Source of the DNA: Pyrinomonadaceae bacterium
Lineage (GTDB): Bacteria > Acidobacteriota > Blastocatellia > Pyrinomonadales > Pyrinomonadaceae
Length of the DNA stretch: 64,000 nucleotides
Direction of reading: 5' to 3'
NCBI GenBank assembly: GCA_046313635.1
Contig: JBKBYA010000004.1
Span: 32,001 to 96,000 of the forward strand
Below, piece by piece: positions 57,922-64,000 of this stretch; position 1 is the stretch's first letter; every line of letters starts with the position of its first letter. Made by a program: the position numbers and the translations under genes. Under the pieces are notes generated by a model. It saw only the letters and a program-made list of their open reading frames with translations. It was not told where the DNA came from and made no database searches.

Positions 57922-58027
57922 GTAGCCCGCACGTCAGCAAGGGCTCAACGTCAATACGGTCCCACGCGGTCGACATATACGACGCCGCCGACTCTCCGGC
58001 ACGAGCCCTCACTAACGTGCGGGCTAC
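57922..58027. repeat. Inverted pair of GTAG-type REPs (REPIN/BIME-like)
   Basis: gtagcccgcacgtcagcaagggctc (57922-57946) versus reverse complement of 58003-58027 gtagcccgcacgttagtgagggctc; partial copy at 57906. Confidence 0.85.
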
Positions 58028-58065
58028 AGACGGCGGGCTGCCGACAACAGGATTTATTTCGACCA

Positions 58066-58371
58066 ATGCCGATCTTACGAAAACGTGAAATAGAGAATCT
58101 GCAGCAGCTCAGCGGCGAGGAGCTCGAGGCGTTCCTCGACCGCCTGCCGGCCGGGCACGAGACGATCAGCCGGATGCTCGACTACATCGAGGACGAACTT
58201 TACGACTCGGAATGCAGCGACACGCTGCACCACGCGATGAAGTTCATGATGGACAACCGCCTCGACTTCCCAAAACTCACAAGCTGGCTCAACAACAATT
58301 GCGGCTACTGCGACTGCAAGGTCATGGCCGAGATCGCCCCGCAATGGCGGGCGAAGTTTGGCGACGATTAG
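58066..58371 (+). CDS. DUF2695-like protein
   Basis: ECSDTLHHA...WLNNNCGYCDCKV motif. Confidence 0.8.
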   Translation: MPILRKREIENLQQLSGEELEAFLDRLPAGHETISRMLDYIEDELYDSECSDTLHHAMKFMMDNRLDFPKLTSWLNNNCGYCDCKVMAEIAPQWRAKFGDD

Positions 58372-58502
58372 CGCGGCCGATCGGTCGTTTTTAACTGCAC
58401 TCCGCAGTCGACGCCGAGAATCATAGGCTTCACCGGAGGCTATAAAGTTTATGGACTCATCATTCAGGCGATTCGGACAGAATAGGGCAAACGAAGGGGA
58501 AT

Positions 58503-59055
58503 ATGTTTAAATCCAAGTCCGCCGTGTTCGGAGCGATAATGTTGTTCATTATCCTCACGGGATTGATTCTGACATTAACCCGTGTGCGTGAAGAAACCAG
58601 CTCCGCGTTGAGCGACTATATTTCAATTATTGTTAACCTGGCTGCTATCGCTAGTGTGTTTGGGTTGGTCGGTTTGGTGCTCAGACGCTCAAAAGGCAGG
58701 CGCCTAAGAACTGAGATCGCGGATTGGAAGAATGTACGCGACCGTGGCACATGGTCGTTTCTGAAGGAGCTGGGGCTTCTCAATACGATCCTGACTGTCA
58801 TCCTGCTTGTACCAATATTTTTTGTGCTGGGTGGGTCGACGGTTCTGACTGCGATTCTTTGGACCTTACTTTTTATTGATTGTTTTGGCCGGAGGGCAGA
58901 TGGCGATCGGTTTATCGTTATGGGGCTTTAAGGAGCGAGAATACGAACGATATCTGCAACAGGGCGCGCGTTCAAACGAATTAGAAAACCACATCTTGGA
59001 CAGCAGAGCACCGATCAGGCAGGACGATAATCGGCGGCAAAAGTTACAAAACTAA
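58503..59055 (+). pseudogene. Low-GC membrane protein gene, probably frameshifted at T5 (58870-58874)
   Basis: Frame from 58503 stops at 58931 after a non-hydrophobic tail; the +1 frame from 58873 continues LLIVLAGGQMAIGLSLWGFKEREYERY to TAA 59055. Confidence 0.55.
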
Positions 59056-59099
59056 TCCGATCACTCACGGGATCGCCCAACGCGTCGGACCCGACCCCT

Positions 59100-61943
<2,844 letters not shown>

Positions 61944-62031
61944 AGTGAGAAATCTCGCCGTATGGACAAATGTAAATTCTAACAAACGGCGGCAGGCGGA
62001 TAAAACGGCGGGAAATATGCCGTACGAGGGT

Positions 62032-62388
62032 TTACCAGCGGCGGTCGTATGCGGAGAGATTGTCGCGCCAGCCGTCAGCAGAATCGGTAATGAGGAACGG
62101 GATCGGACCGTCGAGACCGACGCCCGCGTCGACGGTGCGCCGCAGTCGGTATGTGTGGCCCGAGGGCGAGCAGATCGAGAGCACGACGGTCTCGTTGACG
62201 ATGCGCGAGACGCACGCCGCTCGCCAATCCTTCTTTGATCGGACGAGCAGGCGGGCGCCTATCGGCAATTGGCCGAGTTCGAGGCCAGTCAGTCTATTTT
62301 CGGCAGTTTCCAGGTCTTCCGGTATGCCTTGTACTCCGGCTCGGGCAACTGTATGAGGTGCGGATTCTTTTTTGGATCGAGCCATTTT
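62032..62388 (-). CDS. Hypothetical protein (start uncertain; overlaps the upstream gene)
   Basis: LPIGARLLVRSKKDWRAACVSR...SPSGHTYRLRR...YDRRW; fills the gap between co-oriented genes; true start may lie near 62313. Confidence 0.6.
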   Translation of the reverse strand, partial: KMARSKKESAPHTVARAGVQGIPEDLETAENRLTGLELGQLPIGARLLVRSKKDWRAACVSRIVNETVVLSICSPSGHTYRLRRTVDAGVGLDGPIPFLITDSADGWRDNLSAYDRRW

Positions 62389-63086
62389 ACGAGTCTTTCG
62401 AGATCCTCCCGCGACATCGCCGTGCAGCCGGCGGTTCCGGTCTCGGCGTCCTTCCAAATGTGCAGAAAGATGCACGAGCCTCGGCCGCTCACAGGTGCGG
62501 GATACGAATTATATGCGACAAAGACACCGAGGTCATACTGCTCCCCGACCTCGAGCATCTTCTCCGAGCTTTGCCAGTCAAAAATGCCGACCTTCAAACG
62601 GTCGACGACGCGGTTGTAATGCGTTGAATCGACGTCGTCGACGCACTCGGTGAATTCGCCGAGCGGCTTGTATTCGAGCCGTTCGTTTAGCGACTTAGCG
62701 GCACGGCCAAAAGCGAATGTGAGCGGGAAAATGCCGGCGGGCGAGCGGCCGTCGCCTTCGCGTTTGGGCGTGAAATGATTTTCGGGATCTGAGCGGCCGT
62801 TGCCGTACGGTTTAGGATCGTGGCTCCACGCGAGCCCGCTGCGGCCGACGACGACAGGGAAAGCCTCGCCGACCTCTTTCCACCGCGATCGCGCATTCGC
62901 TCGCTCAAAAAGGCGGGCCGTGCCCCGAATCGAATCCCAATCGGGCGTCGTGACGACGACGGCCTGCAGCGAGCGCTCAAAGTCTGGGCGGCGGTCGGGA
63001 GGCGTCGGCCGCTTGGTCTGCGCCGTGGCCGCGCTCGCGGCAGCCCAGATCAGCAAAACGGCAGCAAGACGGGCCGCGACATTCAT
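62289..63086 (-). CDS. L,D-transpeptidase/carboxypeptidase family (YkuD-like) protein
   Basis: Signal peptide; VVGRSGL, KREGDGRSPAG, GSCIFLHIW...GTAGCTAM (His...Cys). Confidence 0.88.
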   Translation of the reverse strand: MNVAARLAAVLLIWAAASAATAQTKRPTPPDRRPDFERSLQAVVVTTPDWDSIRGTARLFERANARSRWKEVGEAFPVVVGRSGLAWSHDPKPYGNGRSDPENHFTPKREGDGRSPAGIFPLTFAFGRAAKSLNERLEYKPLGEFTECVDDVDSTHYNRVVDRLKVGIFDWQSSEKMLEVGEQYDLGVFVAYNSYPAPVSGRGSCIFLHIWKDAETGTAGCTAMSREDLERLVKWLDPKKNPHLIQLPEPEYKAYRKTWKLPKID

Positions 63087-63871
63087 TTGTCTTCGAAGAG
63101 CGAGTCGGCCGATCTGCTGCGGCTCACGGCGTACATCCTGAGGCCGAGCGAGATCATCACGAGCGAGATGCCGATCCAGATGACGACCCACATAAAGCCC
63201 GGGATGCCGGTCGCGGCGTACATGTTCGCGGCGTCGGTGTGAATGTCGGAGCCGATCAGCGGAGCGCTCATAAAAAAGACGTTCTTGAGATCGGCAAGCG
63301 AATTGAGCAGGCACTGCACGGCGAGGAATGCAACGGCGAAGTTCGCGACCTTCAGGTTTGCAAAGACGCCGAGCGAAACGAGCGCAGCCGTCAGCGCGAT
63401 GCCGGCGATGATCGTGAAGACGATATTCCCGATCGAAGCCTGTAGCGAAAAGAAATTAAAGACCGGGCTGATCACCGCAAACACCGCCGTCATCACCCCG
63501 ACAGATCCGCCGAGCACGACGAGCAGCTTGTTCGGCGAAAAATTCCGGCGGATCAAAAAGAGCAGCAGCACGCCGAAAACCGTCGTGCCAAGATAACCGG
63601 CACTCGACGTCAGAAGCGCGCCGAACATTCCGCCCGGCACCGAATACACGACGCCGCTCGCATCGGCGGCGATCGTCAGACTTTGCACCGAACCGCCGGT
63701 CAGCACGGCGACGATCGCGTGGCTGCTCTCGTGAACGAACGTCACAAACAGCCGGATCGGGTAAACGAGATATTCGGCGTACGGGATGAACCAAAGCGCG
63801 ATCGTCAAAGCGGTCGCGGCGAGCAGGAGTTTGATCTGCGGTCTCGCGTCGGGTGCCAGCGTGTATCTCAT
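63083..63871 (-). CDS. M50B-like membrane metallopeptidase
   Basis: TFVHESSH (HExxH), AGYLG, TDAANM; multiple TMs. Confidence 0.88.
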   Translation of the reverse strand: MRYTLAPDARPQIKLLLAATALTIALWFIPYAEYLVYPIRLFVTFVHESSHAIVAVLTGGSVQSLTIAADASGVVYSVPGGMFGALLTSSAGYLGTTVFGVLLLFLIRRNFSPNKLLVVLGGSVGVMTAVFAVISPVFNFFSLQASIGNIVFTIIAGIALTAALVSLGVFANLKVANFAVAFLAVQCLLNSLADLKNVFFMSAPLIGSDIHTDAANMYAATGIPGFMWVVIWIGISLVMISLGLRMYAVSRSRSADSLFEDK

Positions 63872-63940
63872 AATTCGAAAACTCCTCGAGACGGTCTGCT
63901 GCTGAATACGTTTGATTCTACACCAATGTTCGACCCCCAC

Positions 63941-63974
63941 GTCAGAACCGCCCCGCGTAAGCGGGCGGGCTCTT
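63941..63974 (+). repeat. Solitary GTCAG-type REP copy
   Basis: gtcagaaccgccccgcgtaagcgggcgggctctt, same family as the RAYT flanks. Confidence 0.88.
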
Positions 63975-64000
63975 AAGCCGTGATAAGGAACTGCCCGCGA

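Overview
GC-rich bacterial chromosome segment. Gene content (two Oar-like TonB-dependent receptors with carboxypeptidase-regulatory N-domains, DUF4097, DUF5916, many secreted hypotheticals) suggests Acidobacteriota, probably Blastocatellia; this is an inference. Most genes are housekeeping: typA (runs off the window), trmL, dusB, an S4-domain protein, surA-like PPIase, mfd, lysS, citrate synthase, ptrB, gatCA, dciA-like, maf, panBC, folK and uvrA. An ECF sigma/anti-sigma pair is also present. The most striking accessory items are: (1) a secreted S8 subtilase behind a consensus sigma-54 promoter, ending in codon-diverged SDGLL(I/L/M) hexapeptide repeats and followed by a multi-TM GGDEF-EAL protein, a candidate peptide-to-c-di-GMP signalling module; (2) a PHP hydrolase, two paralogous unknown membrane proteins, two GT4 glycosyltransferases and an orphan ABC permease, a candidate glycolipid-remodelling cluster; (3) a REP-associated tyrosine transposase (RAYT) flanked by GTCAG-headed REPs, one of which supplies the lysS stop codon; (4) short 7-9-mer repeat elements in intergenic DNA and in frame inside mfd, lysS and uvrA; (5) SDR and RHS gene remnants and a probably frameshifted low-GC membrane gene. 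I recognised no rRNA, tRNA or CRISPR array. All calls are by eye; no database searches were run.
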